Shown in pieces: positions 18,816-28,200 of a stretch of DNA of 64,000 nt. Source of the DNA: a bacterium (GTDB lineage Bacteria; UBP6; UBA1177); the NCBI GenBank assembly GCA_017645765.1, contig JAGCNV010000106.1, forward strand, positions 7,301 to 71,300, read 5' to 3'. Numbering within the stretch: position 1 is the stretch's first letter; each line of letters opens with the position of its first letter. A model generated the notes under the pieces. The model worked only from the letters and a program-made list of their open reading frames with translations. It made no database searches and had not been told where the DNA came from. The position numbers and the translations under genes are program-made.

Positions 18816-18843
18816 TTGCCACTTTCAATATTTTCGCTATAAT
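18816..18843 (+). promoter_or_regulatory. Putative promoter (TTGCCA, 16-nt spacer, TATAAT) upstream of the iorAB-like gene
   Basis: Sequence match only. Confidence 0.3.
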
Positions 18844-18897
18844 CAGCGGTTTTTTTGTTTATTAAGGTTATTTAGAGAATAATTTCAGGAGATTGCA

Positions 18898-21408
18898 ATG
18901 GCTGATTTTTTGAAACTTGTCGATTCGCCGGCGGGAACGCGTCTTATTCTTCAGGGCAACAGCGCTTTCGCTCTCGGCGTAGTTCATGCCGGTTACCACG
19001 CTGCGGACGGTTATCCTGGCACTCCGAGCACAGAAGTCATCGATAAAAACCTCAAGTATGTTCAGGACAGAATGACTGTCGGCTGGAGCGTCAACGAAGC
19101 AAACGCCGTAGCTGTCACTATCGGTCACGCCGTAGCAGGCATGGACAGTGTCGTCACGATGAAGATTCCCGGTCTTTTCCAGGCAGCGGACACAATTACG
19201 ACTTCGGCTTTCTACACCGGTCAGATGGGCGCTTTCGTAGTTTATGCGGCAACAGACTACGTTCCGTCAAGCACGCAGCACGTAATTGATGCGAGATACT
19301 TTCTGAGTGCGGCGAGAATTCCGGTTCTCGAGCCGAGAAATCATCAGGAGCTTTACGATATGGCTTTCATCGCAGCAGATCTTTCTAGAATGTTCAAAAC
19401 GCAGGTCTGCATTCTGCCAAGCGGCATTTTAGCTCACAGCGAAGGTTTGGTCGTAACGAGAGAACCTCGTAAAATCGAGCCTATGCCGGTTCCGGCAGAT
19501 CTTTCAAAGTGGATGCTCATGCCGGGAATCGCGAGAAAAAACTACAACGAAGCAACTACTCACAGAATTCCTGAAGTTCTTAAATTCACTGAACAAAACG
19601 ACACTTTCATAAAAGAGACGAAGGGAAAGGACGACTTCGGCATCATTGTTGTGGGAGAGAGCGAAATGATCGTCAAAGAGGCTCTTCTCAACGTCGGACT
19701 TGAGCCTTCCATCCTTTCGATGTCTATCGCAAACCCTGTTCCGATAAGCAGGATCCGCGAATTTGCTTCGAAAATCAAAGGGAAACTTTTTGTTTTCGAA
19801 GACGGCGACAGATTTTTGCAGGAGAAAATCGAAGCGGCGGGAATCGCAGTCATCGGAAAACCCGAATATTCGGTTCTCACCGACTGGACTCCGCAGGATG
19901 TTATTGATTTCCTTAAAGATTTTATCGAGATCAAACTTCACAAAGAATCGGAAAAACCGTTGATAAAACCTCTTGTCAGACCGCCTTCAATCTGCCCCGG
20001 ATGTCCTTTCCGCGGTTATGCGCTTTCAGCTGAAAACCTGAGGAAAAAAGGAAAACTTTTCGCAGGTTTCGGCGAAATCGGCTGCTCTACCCTTCTTTTC
20101 ATCAACAAAGGAATCGACACTGTTCTCTGCATGGGCGGAAGCGACTCGATGAGACAGGGTTTCTGTCTGAGCAGGCCCGAAATGGCTTCAAAAGTTGTCA
20201 GCGTTATCGGCGACTCGTGCGAATGTCACAGCGGTCTTGACGCGACAAGAAACGGCGTTTTCAGAAACGTTCCCGGCGTAAAGGTCATCCTTGACAACAG
20301 CGTAACGGCTATGACCGGCGGCCAGCCCGCGCCGACAAGTTATGCGAACCTTGCAGGCGTACCGAACAAATTCAGGCTGAAAGAGGCGATCGCGGCTGAG
20401 AAATGCGATGTCGTCGCAGTAAACGCATACGATCTTGCAGGAATCGAAAAGGCTCTCGAAAAAGCTCTCGACGATGCCGAAACCGGCAAATTCACCAATC
20501 TGGTAATAGAAGGTCCGTGCCAGCAGATCATGGACAAGTCGCAGAAAAAGAGAACGATAAAAATCGATGCCGAAAAGTGCAAAAAATGCGGAAGATGCAA
20601 TGTCTGCCCCGGCATTAAATTCGACAAGGAAAAAGGACCTGAATTTACGAATATGTGCATAAACTGCGGCGGAAACAAACAAATCTGTATGCAGAGATGT
20701 CCGTTCGGTGCAATTGTTCCGGTCGAAGTTGCCGAAAAGAAGACAAAAGTTGAAGCAGAAGTCAAAATTCCTGAAGAAATCAGGGGGGTTACAGTTTCTA
20801 AAGAGCTTCTTCCGGAGTCAATCAGAGTTGCGATCCGCGGTATCGGCGGACAGGGCAACCTTTTCTTTGGCAAAGTGCTCAGCGAAGTCGCACTCCACAC
20901 GCCATACGGAGAAACCGGCATCGTTAAAGGTGATACACACGGAATGGCACAGCTCGGCGGCAGCGTTATTTCGACTTTCGCATGCGGCAAAGTTTTCAGC
21001 CCGATACTTTCACCGAAAAGCACCGACGTTCTCGTCGTAATGGAGACTTCAGAAGTCTTCTGCAACGGATTTTTAGACCTTTTGAAGCCGAACGGAACGA
21101 TAATCCTCAACCGTTTCGAATCGCTTCCGGCAAACATGAAAAAAGAGGACTACCCGAAGATCGAAAATATCAGAAAAGCTCTTGCGAACTACAAAGTTAT
21201 CGAAACAGACGTCATCGAGACTGTTGCAAAAATCGGCGACAAATCCGGCAAAACGGCGAATATCGCAATGCTCGGACTTATGTCTTCGATAGAGCCTTTC
21301 TCGGCAATTCCGAAAGAGATCTGGATTCGCGCTCTGATGAAACTTTCGCCTACCGATGCGGCTAAAGCAGCAAACTACGCGGCATTTAACGCAGGAAGAG
21401 GAGAATAG
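18898..21408 (+). CDS. iorAB: Indolepyruvate:ferredoxin oxidoreductase, fused alpha (TPP/4Fe-4S) and beta (gamma-like) domains
   Basis: TPP-binding region, 'CPGCPF' and 'CKKCGRCNVCP' Fe-S motifs, and a C-terminal 'IRGIGGQGNLFFGKVL' gamma-domain within a single 836-aa ORF. Confidence 0.8.
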   Translation: MADFLKLVDSPAGTRLILQGNSAFALGVVHAGYHAADGYPGTPSTEVIDKNLKYVQDRMTVGWSVNEANAVAVTIGHAVAGMDSVVTMKIPGLFQAADTITTSAFYTGQMGAFVVYAATDYVPSSTQHVIDARYFLSAARIPVLEPRNHQELYDMAFIAADLSRMFKTQVCILPSGILAHSEGLVVTREPRKIEPMPVPADLSKWMLMPGIARKNYNEATTHRIPEVLKFTEQNDTFIKETKGKDDFGIIVVGESEMIVKEALLNVGLEPSILSMSIANPVPISRIREFASKIKGKLFVFEDGDRFLQEKIEAAGIAVIGKPEYSVLTDWTPQDVIDFLKDFIEIKLHKESEKPLIKPLVRPPSICPGCPFRGYALSAENLRKKGKLFAGFGEIGCSTLLFINKGIDTVLCMGGSDSMRQGFCLSRPEMASKVVSVIGDSCECHSGLDATRNGVFRNVPGVKVILDNSVTAMTGGQPAPTSYANLAGVPNKFRLKEAIAAEKCDVVAVNAYDLAGIEKALEKALDDAETGKFTNLVIEGPCQQIMDKSQKKRTIKIDAEKCKKCGRCNVCPGIKFDKEKGPEFTNMCINCGGNKQICMQRCPFGAIVPVEVAEKKTKVEAEVKIPEEIRGVTVSKELLPESIRVAIRGIGGQGNLFFGKVLSEVALHTPYGETGIVKGDTHGMAQLGGSVISTFACGKVFSPILSPKSTDVLVVMETSEVFCNGFLDLLKPNGTIILNRFESLPANMKKEDYPKIENIRKALANYKVIETDVIETVAKIGDKSGKTANIAMLGLMSSIEPFSAIPKEIWIRALMKLSPTDAAKAANYAAFNAGRGE

Positions 21409-21409
21409 T

Positions 21410-22348
21410 TTGTCTCCGAACGCAACTATCGGAAAATATTCAGGAATTATTGAAAAGATTTTTTTGATTTTATTTATCCTTTCAATTTTTTCGACTTTTA
21501 TTTTCTGGTGGAGCGGACTCAGCGACAAAAACGCACTTGATGAAGAAACAGAGCGGAAATTTGCCGAAGTTCTCAACGAAAATTTCAAGCGCGGCGACAT
21601 TGTTTTTACCGAAAACGACTGGGATCTGGACTTTTTAAAAAATCTCAAAAGCGGAATTTTTCCGGTTGTTTTAGATCTGAAAAATGCGACGGAAAAATCT
21701 GTTGCGATGATGAAAAACAGCGACGACAGGGTTTTTCTGCTGCTTAAATCGGCAAATTCGAGAGAATTTTACATCAAAAAATTGAATTTGAAGGTTATTG
21801 AGACATTCAAGGCGGGCAAAGGCGAGATCCTTCTTGCCGAAACGCTTTTCAAAACTACGAAAAGGCCCCTCGTTTTTTCCCGCGATATCGGCAAGGCAAA
21901 ACGCGTTGCATTTTCGGACGGAGAAAAAACTGATGATTGCCGCAAAGTATCAGAAACGAAGTGGCAGTGTTCCGATGAAACATGGAATTACGTCGGTCTG
22001 ACGACGGCTTCTTTCAACGGGCAGCAGAAGCAGGCTGTGTGGGCTCATCCGCTTACCGGAAAAACGCTTGAAATAGTCTTTGATGTGCCGGAAAAAAGCG
22101 GAAAACTTTACTTCAACTCCGTTTTTGCCGAATCAGCTCAACGCTCGAAAAACCGAACTCCGGTCAATGTCGAAATTCTGGCTGACGGGAAAAATCTGCT
22201 GAAATATGCAAGCCCGTTCTCTTCAAGAGTTACAGAAAAAAGTGCCAAACTACCTGAAAACACTAAAGAACTAACGATAAAACTGACTGTCTCCGATGAC
22301 AGGCAGAGACATTTTGTCTTTAACGGATACTTGAGCGATGAACTTTAA
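21410..22348 (+). CDS. Hypothetical membrane-anchored protein
   Basis: Probable TTG start after the RBS 'AGGAAGAGGAGAA'. N-terminal TM segment 'IFLILFILSIFSTFIFWW'. No recognised domain. Confidence 0.45.
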   Translation: MSPNATIGKYSGIIEKIFLILFILSIFSTFIFWWSGLSDKNALDEETERKFAEVLNENFKRGDIVFTENDWDLDFLKNLKSGIFPVVLDLKNATEKSVAMMKNSDDRVFLLLKSANSREFYIKKLNLKVIETFKAGKGEILLAETLFKTTKRPLVFSRDIGKAKRVAFSDGEKTDDCRKVSETKWQCSDETWNYVGLTTASFNGQQKQAVWAHPLTGKTLEIVFDVPEKSGKLYFNSVFAESAQRSKNRTPVNVEILADGKNLLKYASPFSSRVTEKSAKLPENTKELTIKLTVSDDRQRHFVFNGYLSDEL

Positions 22349-23999
22349 AAACCGCTTTGAAAAAATAGATTTTCTGCTCGCCGCAGCCGTAACAATTTTC
22401 GTTTTTCTTATGATTTTTCTGACTAACGATTCATTCGGTTTCGTCCGCGACGAAGGCTTCTACATGAAAGCGGCAAACCACATGGCCGACTGGTACGAAT
22501 CGATCGGTACAAACATTTCGAACGGCGAATTTGCGAAGATTTTTTCCAAAAAGGAAATCGACAGATATTTCAACTACAATTCGGAGCATCCGCCCTTTAT
22601 GAAAGAGCTTTTCGGCCTTTCGCAGTTCATTTTTGCGCGGAAATTAGGAATCATGTCTGCTCCGATGTCGGCGCGGCTCGTAGCAGCTGTTTTTGCGGCT
22701 CTTACGGCACTTATGATCTATCTTTTCGGCCTCATTTTCTTCAGCCGGATGACCGCGGCAGTCAGTCCGCTCCTCTTTTTCATGATGCCGCATATTTTCT
22801 TTCACTCTCACCTTGCCTGCTTCGATATGCCGATACTTTTTTTCTGGAGCGCGACTTTCATTCTCTATATTTTTTGCCTCAAAACGAAAAAAACTTCGGT
22901 TCACGCACTCACCGCGCTGTTTTTCGCATTCGGCATGGCGACTAAGCACAATGTTCTTTTCATTCCGATACTCCTCTTTGTTTCGTGGCTCTTTTTCTAC
23001 GCTTTTTCATACCGGAAAGAGACCGGCTGCGGCTCGTTCATCGGCTTTTTCAAGGCGATCCCGAAAGTTTTTTACTTCATGGTCATAATTTCGCTGCCTG
23101 TTTATTTCCTCATCTGGCCGAGAATGTGGTTCAACACCTTCAACAGGCTTATGACTTACGCCGAATTTCACGGGAAACACGTTAACTACCTCAACTACTA
23201 CTTCGGAACGCCGCTTAAAAACGGCCCCTTCCCTTTCAGTTTTCCGTGGGCAATGACCTTTTTCACCACTCCGACTCCGCAGCTCGTCTGCTTTTTTGCA
23301 GGAATACTCTATTTCTGCCGCGATTTTCTGAAAAGTGAAAAAACCTGCGGAAAAGAGGCTGCTTTCGCAATGATCTCAGGCTCGCTTTTCCCGATTTTCC
23401 TCATTGCACTCCCGAGCGTTCCAATTTTCGGCGGCATAAAACACTGGTTTACCGGTTATCCGCTCATGCTTACAGCAGGCGTTTTCGTAATCGAAGAATC
23501 AGTAAAAAAACTAATAAAAACAAGCAATTTTAAGAAAAATCTTGTAATTTCCGCACTTTTTACGCTTGCCGCTGTTTCTTTAATTTCACCAAACATAAAA
23601 TTTGCAAAAAGAGGCGCTGCGTTCTATAACGAACTTATCGGCGGTGCTCAGGGAGCTGCCGAAGCGAGAATGCAAAGGAATTTCTGGGGTTACGACATGA
23701 TAGATCTTGCCGATACGCTCAACAGAGAGGCTCCGAAAAACGCGAAACTTTTCATAATGACCGGGTATGAAGGCTTGAACCCGAATTCTTTCAGATTCAT
23801 GGCTGATGCGGGAATGATAAGAAGCGACATAAAAGCGACAAACACTCTGCACGAAGCCGATTTCGCCCTGTTTTTTTACGAGAAGCAGAATGAACATGTT
23901 TTGAACAATATAGCTTATGAATTCGGAACAGTCAGACCTTTGGCGGTTTCGTCAACCGATTCTGTATTTTATTCTGCACTTTTCAGGAGAGAGAAATGA
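22338..23999 (+). CDS. Polytopic membrane glycosyltransferase of the PMT/ArnT (GT39/GT83-like) family
   Basis: More than 10 predicted TM segments. An 'RDEGFY' motif after the first TM segment is typical of the PMT_2 family. Confidence 0.55.
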   Translation: MNFKNRFEKIDFLLAAAVTIFVFLMIFLTNDSFGFVRDEGFYMKAANHMADWYESIGTNISNGEFAKIFSKKEIDRYFNYNSEHPPFMKELFGLSQFIFARKLGIMSAPMSARLVAAVFAALTALMIYLFGLIFFSRMTAAVSPLLFFMMPHIFFHSHLACFDMPILFFWSATFILYIFCLKTKKTSVHALTALFFAFGMATKHNVLFIPILLFVSWLFFYAFSYRKETGCGSFIGFFKAIPKVFYFMVIISLPVYFLIWPRMWFNTFNRLMTYAEFHGKHVNYLNYYFGTPLKNGPFPFSFPWAMTFFTTPTPQLVCFFAGILYFCRDFLKSEKTCGKEAAFAMISGSLFPIFLIALPSVPIFGGIKHWFTGYPLMLTAGVFVIEESVKKLIKTSNFKKNLVISALFTLAAVSLISPNIKFAKRGAAFYNELIGGAQGAAEARMQRNFWGYDMIDLADTLNREAPKNAKLFIMTGYEGLNPNSFRFMADAGMIRSDIKATNTLHEADFALFFYEKQNEHVLNNIAYEFGTVRPLAVSSTDSVFYSALFRREK

Positions 24000-25108
24000 C
24001 CTATCTTTTTACAAATCCGCAGGTAAAAAAGTGGAAAACACTCTTCGTACTTTCGTTTTGCCTCAACCTGATTCTTATTGCACTCATCGTCTACACGCTG
24101 AACGACAGCAAGGAAAAGGATGACACTGAAGCAGCCGCAACCGCCCAGACTGAGACAAACAGCGCCGAAACGGGAGAACAGCAGGCAACAGCAGCCGTGC
24201 AGGAAGGAGCTCAGCCTGCAGAACCGGAAAAACCTGAAAAAGAACTTAATATAAAAACTGATCCTGGTGAACTGATAGCGGCTTCAGCAGTAATCGAGGA
24301 CAATTTCTACAACGCTTTTAATTCGAACGATGATCTTAAACAGATAGCGAAAGCGCTCGGAATGCCGAACCTCGCAGACATAATCAGCGCTCATGTCGGA
24401 AGGCTTCTCATCTGGGATATCGTTCTCCGCAATGACGTCAGAAAAGGGGACAAAATCGATTTTGTCTTCAGGGTCATTCCCGATGAAGAAAAAAGAACGA
24501 GAAACGATCTGCCCGATGTTCTCGAAATCATGGCTGTCAAATATTTCTCTCATAAATTCAATAAAGAAATAAACATTTACAAATATGCGGCAAAAAATTC
24601 TGTTGCAAAATATTATTATTCAGACGGGATAATGCTCGAAAAAATCATATCTCCGTTTGCACCTGTCAAAAACTACATTCAAATCACGAGCACTATCGGC
24701 GACAGAGCTCCGAAACACGAAGGTGTTGACTTCAAAACGAATGTCGGAACTCCGGTCTACGCAACTGTAAACGGCACTGTTTCCCGCATCAACTGGAAAA
24801 CACGTTACAACGGCTACTGTATCGAGATAGAGGCAAAAGGAAGCCCCTATGTCTTCAAATATCTGCATTTGAGCGAAGTCAATGTCGAACCAGGTCAGAA
24901 AGTTACTCCCGGACAACAGATCGCAGCATCGGGAAATACCGGAAAATCGACTGCGCCGCATCTGCACTATCAGATCAATGTCGGCAACAAAGGCAAAGTC
25001 GTAGATCCGATGAAGTATCACAAGACGATAATAGAAAAACTTCCCGAAAACGAGCGTGAAAACTTCAAAAACAGAATTTCAGAGCTCGACGACCTGATGA
25101 AACAATAG
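23996..25108 (+). CDS. Membrane-anchored M23 family metallopeptidase
   Basis: N-terminal TM segment. C-terminal 'GVDFKTNVGTPVYATVNGTV' and 'APHLHYQINV' LytM motifs. Confidence 0.85.
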   Translation: MTYLFTNPQVKKWKTLFVLSFCLNLILIALIVYTLNDSKEKDDTEAAATAQTETNSAETGEQQATAAVQEGAQPAEPEKPEKELNIKTDPGELIAASAVIEDNFYNAFNSNDDLKQIAKALGMPNLADIISAHVGRLLIWDIVLRNDVRKGDKIDFVFRVIPDEEKRTRNDLPDVLEIMAVKYFSHKFNKEINIYKYAAKNSVAKYYYSDGIMLEKIISPFAPVKNYIQITSTIGDRAPKHEGVDFKTNVGTPVYATVNGTVSRINWKTRYNGYCIEIEAKGSPYVFKYLHLSEVNVEPGQKVTPGQQIAASGNTGKSTAPHLHYQINVGNKGKVVDPMKYHKTIIEKLPENERENFKNRISELDDLMKQ

Positions 25109-25249
25109 CATTTCGTTTTAATTTTATCATAACAATCCGCTAAAAATTTTTTTAATAGAGAAAATACGAAAAATTTGACTAAATCTTTGCTATATTGTAT
25201 TTTGGAACGATGTTTTGGGAGATTTACAAATGAACCAGGGGAGAGTCAA

Positions 25250-28200
25250 GTGAAAAAGATTGTTAATGCATTAAGTTTCCTGATTATCGTTTTCATCTCT
25301 TGTCAGCTGTTCGCCGATGATTCGGTTTCTATTGCTCAGACTACAGCAAAGACGGCTCAGGAGAAAAAACTTGCAAAAGAAATCGACGACAATTTGTCAT
25401 TGCTGCTTTCAAGCATTAAAAATGCAAAAGTCACCGCGGCAAAATCGGCGAAAACCGACAGATGCAACGGAGATCCTAAGTGCATAGCGCAGATCGTTAC
25501 GAAAAACGAATCTTCGGACTATGTCATCGTTCCGAAAATCAAAAAAGGATCGTCCGACGTAAAAGTCGTTCTCACCATGTTTGACGCAAGCGGAAAGAAA
25601 AAAGGTTCTAAAACCGTAACTTCCGGTTCGGATGCAGACAGCGAAGATATCGCTTCCGACATGCTCAACGCACTTAAGTCACTGATTGCTTCGGCAGCTC
25701 CGGATGAAGAAGAAGCTCCTAAGAAATCAGCTGTCGCAGCAAACAGAACCGCTTCATACTCCGAAGTCAAGGAAGAGATCAAAAAAGGCTTCACGGCTTA
25801 CGACAAAGGTGACCTTGACGGTGCAGTCGAAACTTTCGACAGAGCGGCAAACGAACTCAACTGCAAATGCCAGCAGAACGAAATCGCACGTCAGCTTCTT
25901 GAGACCGTAAAAAAGATCCAGAAAGGTCTTCCGAAAGCAACGGATTCTCTTGACGACGGGGACTACAAAGCAGCTCTCAGAACTCTTGAATCTCTCAGAA
26001 AATCGGATGAAGAGCTCCGCGAACAGGGCTACAAGGCTATGGTTTTCAAAAAAGACAAAAACAACCGTAAAAGATACACCGAGCCGAATCCGCAGGATGC
26101 CCAGACCGTAGAACAGATCCACAGAACTTTTAAATCGAAAATCGAAGAGCTCAGAAAATGGCGTGCAAAACAGCTTTCCGACATCGATGACTGGGTAAAC
26201 AACAACATCAAAACGAGAGAAAAGGCTATAAACGACCTCAAAACCAAGGAAAAAGAGCTCGTAAAACAGCAGAAAGATGCCGAAACAGCCCTTAAAAACA
26301 AAATCCGCGACATGAAATACCAGTGGGAAAAGGACGATTCCGACATCGAACAGGAAATCGTAAATCTCGAAAGCCAGATCACACAGATCGAGCAGCGCGA
26401 AAAAGGCGTCATCAAAGTTTCGAACAAGAAACGCGATGAAGCAAAAGAGAACGATTTCAAAGCCAACGACAAGGCTTACAGCGAATGGAAAAAGAAACAT
26501 CAGCAGGAAAAGGACGCTTACTACGAAAGACAGAAAAAATTCGAGACGACTGAAGGCGAGAAAGTAACAAAAAGAGTCGCAGAACTTGAAAAGCGCAAAC
26601 AGGCTCTTGAAGCTAAAAACAGAGAAACCGATGCCAAAATACAGAAAATGGCGGAAGAGTTCGAAGCTGAAGAACGCAAGATCATGGCTGCGAACGAAGC
26701 TACCAGAATGAAAAACGAGGATGAGGACAGAAAATACAATGTCCAGGTTGAAAAAGAGTATCAGAAAAAGTTCGACAGCTTGAACCAGAACCTCGTAAAA
26801 TATGACGATCAGGAATCGGCTAAAGAGAAAGAACTCCAGAAATACCAGCAGGAAATCGAGGAGTTCATGATGAAGAGCGCGACGACTCTCGGACAAATTC
26901 AGGAAAACGTCGAGAAAGACCGTGCAAAAGCAGAAGCGGACTACGCAAAAGAAAAAGAGACCGCTCAGACAAAGCTTGAAAAAGATTATGAAGACAAACT
27001 CAACCAGCTTGCGGCGCAGAAAACGAAACTCGAAGAAGCTATCGCAAAACATACCGATGATACCGAGACTATGAAGGCGAAAAAAGAAGAAGCGATGATC
27101 GCCGAAAATGAAAAAACGATCGTCGCAGCAGAACAGAAAATCGCCGCAAACGAAGACGCTGTAGCAAAAACCGAACAGGAATACGAAGAAAAAATCGCGA
27201 AACTCCAGGATGTCATCGCAAAGACAGTCGATGACGAAGAAAACGAAAAGGCCAACAAGGAGAACGCTCTCCGTTCGGAAAACGAAAAACTCCTTTCCGA
27301 AGCCGGCAGCATCGACGACCAGATTGCTACGGAAGACGGAAAATTTGCTGATTTCAAAGGCAAACTTGACGACGATTACGCGACAAAATCGGCAAACATC
27401 GACGACAAGATAATGGAACAGAAGAACAAGATGGCCGAAGCAGTCGAAAACTTCAAGGGTAACTGGGGTGATTACGTTGCGAAAGAAATCGACAAACTCG
27501 CGGCGAAAGACAACGCGCTGAGAGGTCAGATCGACGAAGAGAAAGGCAAAATGGCAGAGATCGACGGCAAACTCGAACAGCAGAAAGCCGAAGAACTCAA
27601 CAAACTCGAAATCAAACTTGCCGCAGTAGAAGACGCTTACGCTCAGAAAGCTGCAAAAGTTGAAGAAGATGTCGCGAAAGACATCGACAAAATAAAAGCC
27701 GACACTGCGGCTCAGCTCGACAAAGCCGCTGCAGAAGATGCAAAAATCGCAGACGCCCACTCAAAGAAGATGAGCGACCTTTCCGCGGAAGAAGGCAAAA
27801 TCGCAGCTTCCTACGATGCTAAAATCGCGAAATATGACGAGCAGATCGCATCTATCGACAAAAAATACGAGCAGAAAATGGCTCCGTACAGTCTTGATCC
27901 GATCAACGACGAAATGAACCAGTCAATTGCCGAACTCGAAAACAAAAAGATAGAAACCACCAATAAACTTCAGGAACTTCTTGACGCAATATCTTCTGCA
28001 AGAGACAGCGAAATGCAGAATTACGCAGACAAGAAGGATGCCGCAAAAGACAATAAGGCCGAACTTTCAAAACTTGAAAGAGAACACGCTTCCGCAATCA
28101 GAAAGATCGACAACGACAAGGCTTCTATCGAAAGAAAGATCAAATTCGAGGAAGAGAGCGCAACCAGAAAGATAAACCTTGAAAAATCGAAATACGAAAG

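Noticed and set aside
25754-27760. 668-aa minus-strand ORF, and several others, antisense to the giant coiled-coil gene
   Set aside because: The translation is a Phe/Leu/Val/Cys-rich low-complexity product with no motifs. It arises because the GAA/AAG/GCA-rich sense strand gives a TTC/CTT-rich antisense strand with few stops. The sense ORF has a signal peptide and coherent coiled-coil periodicity.
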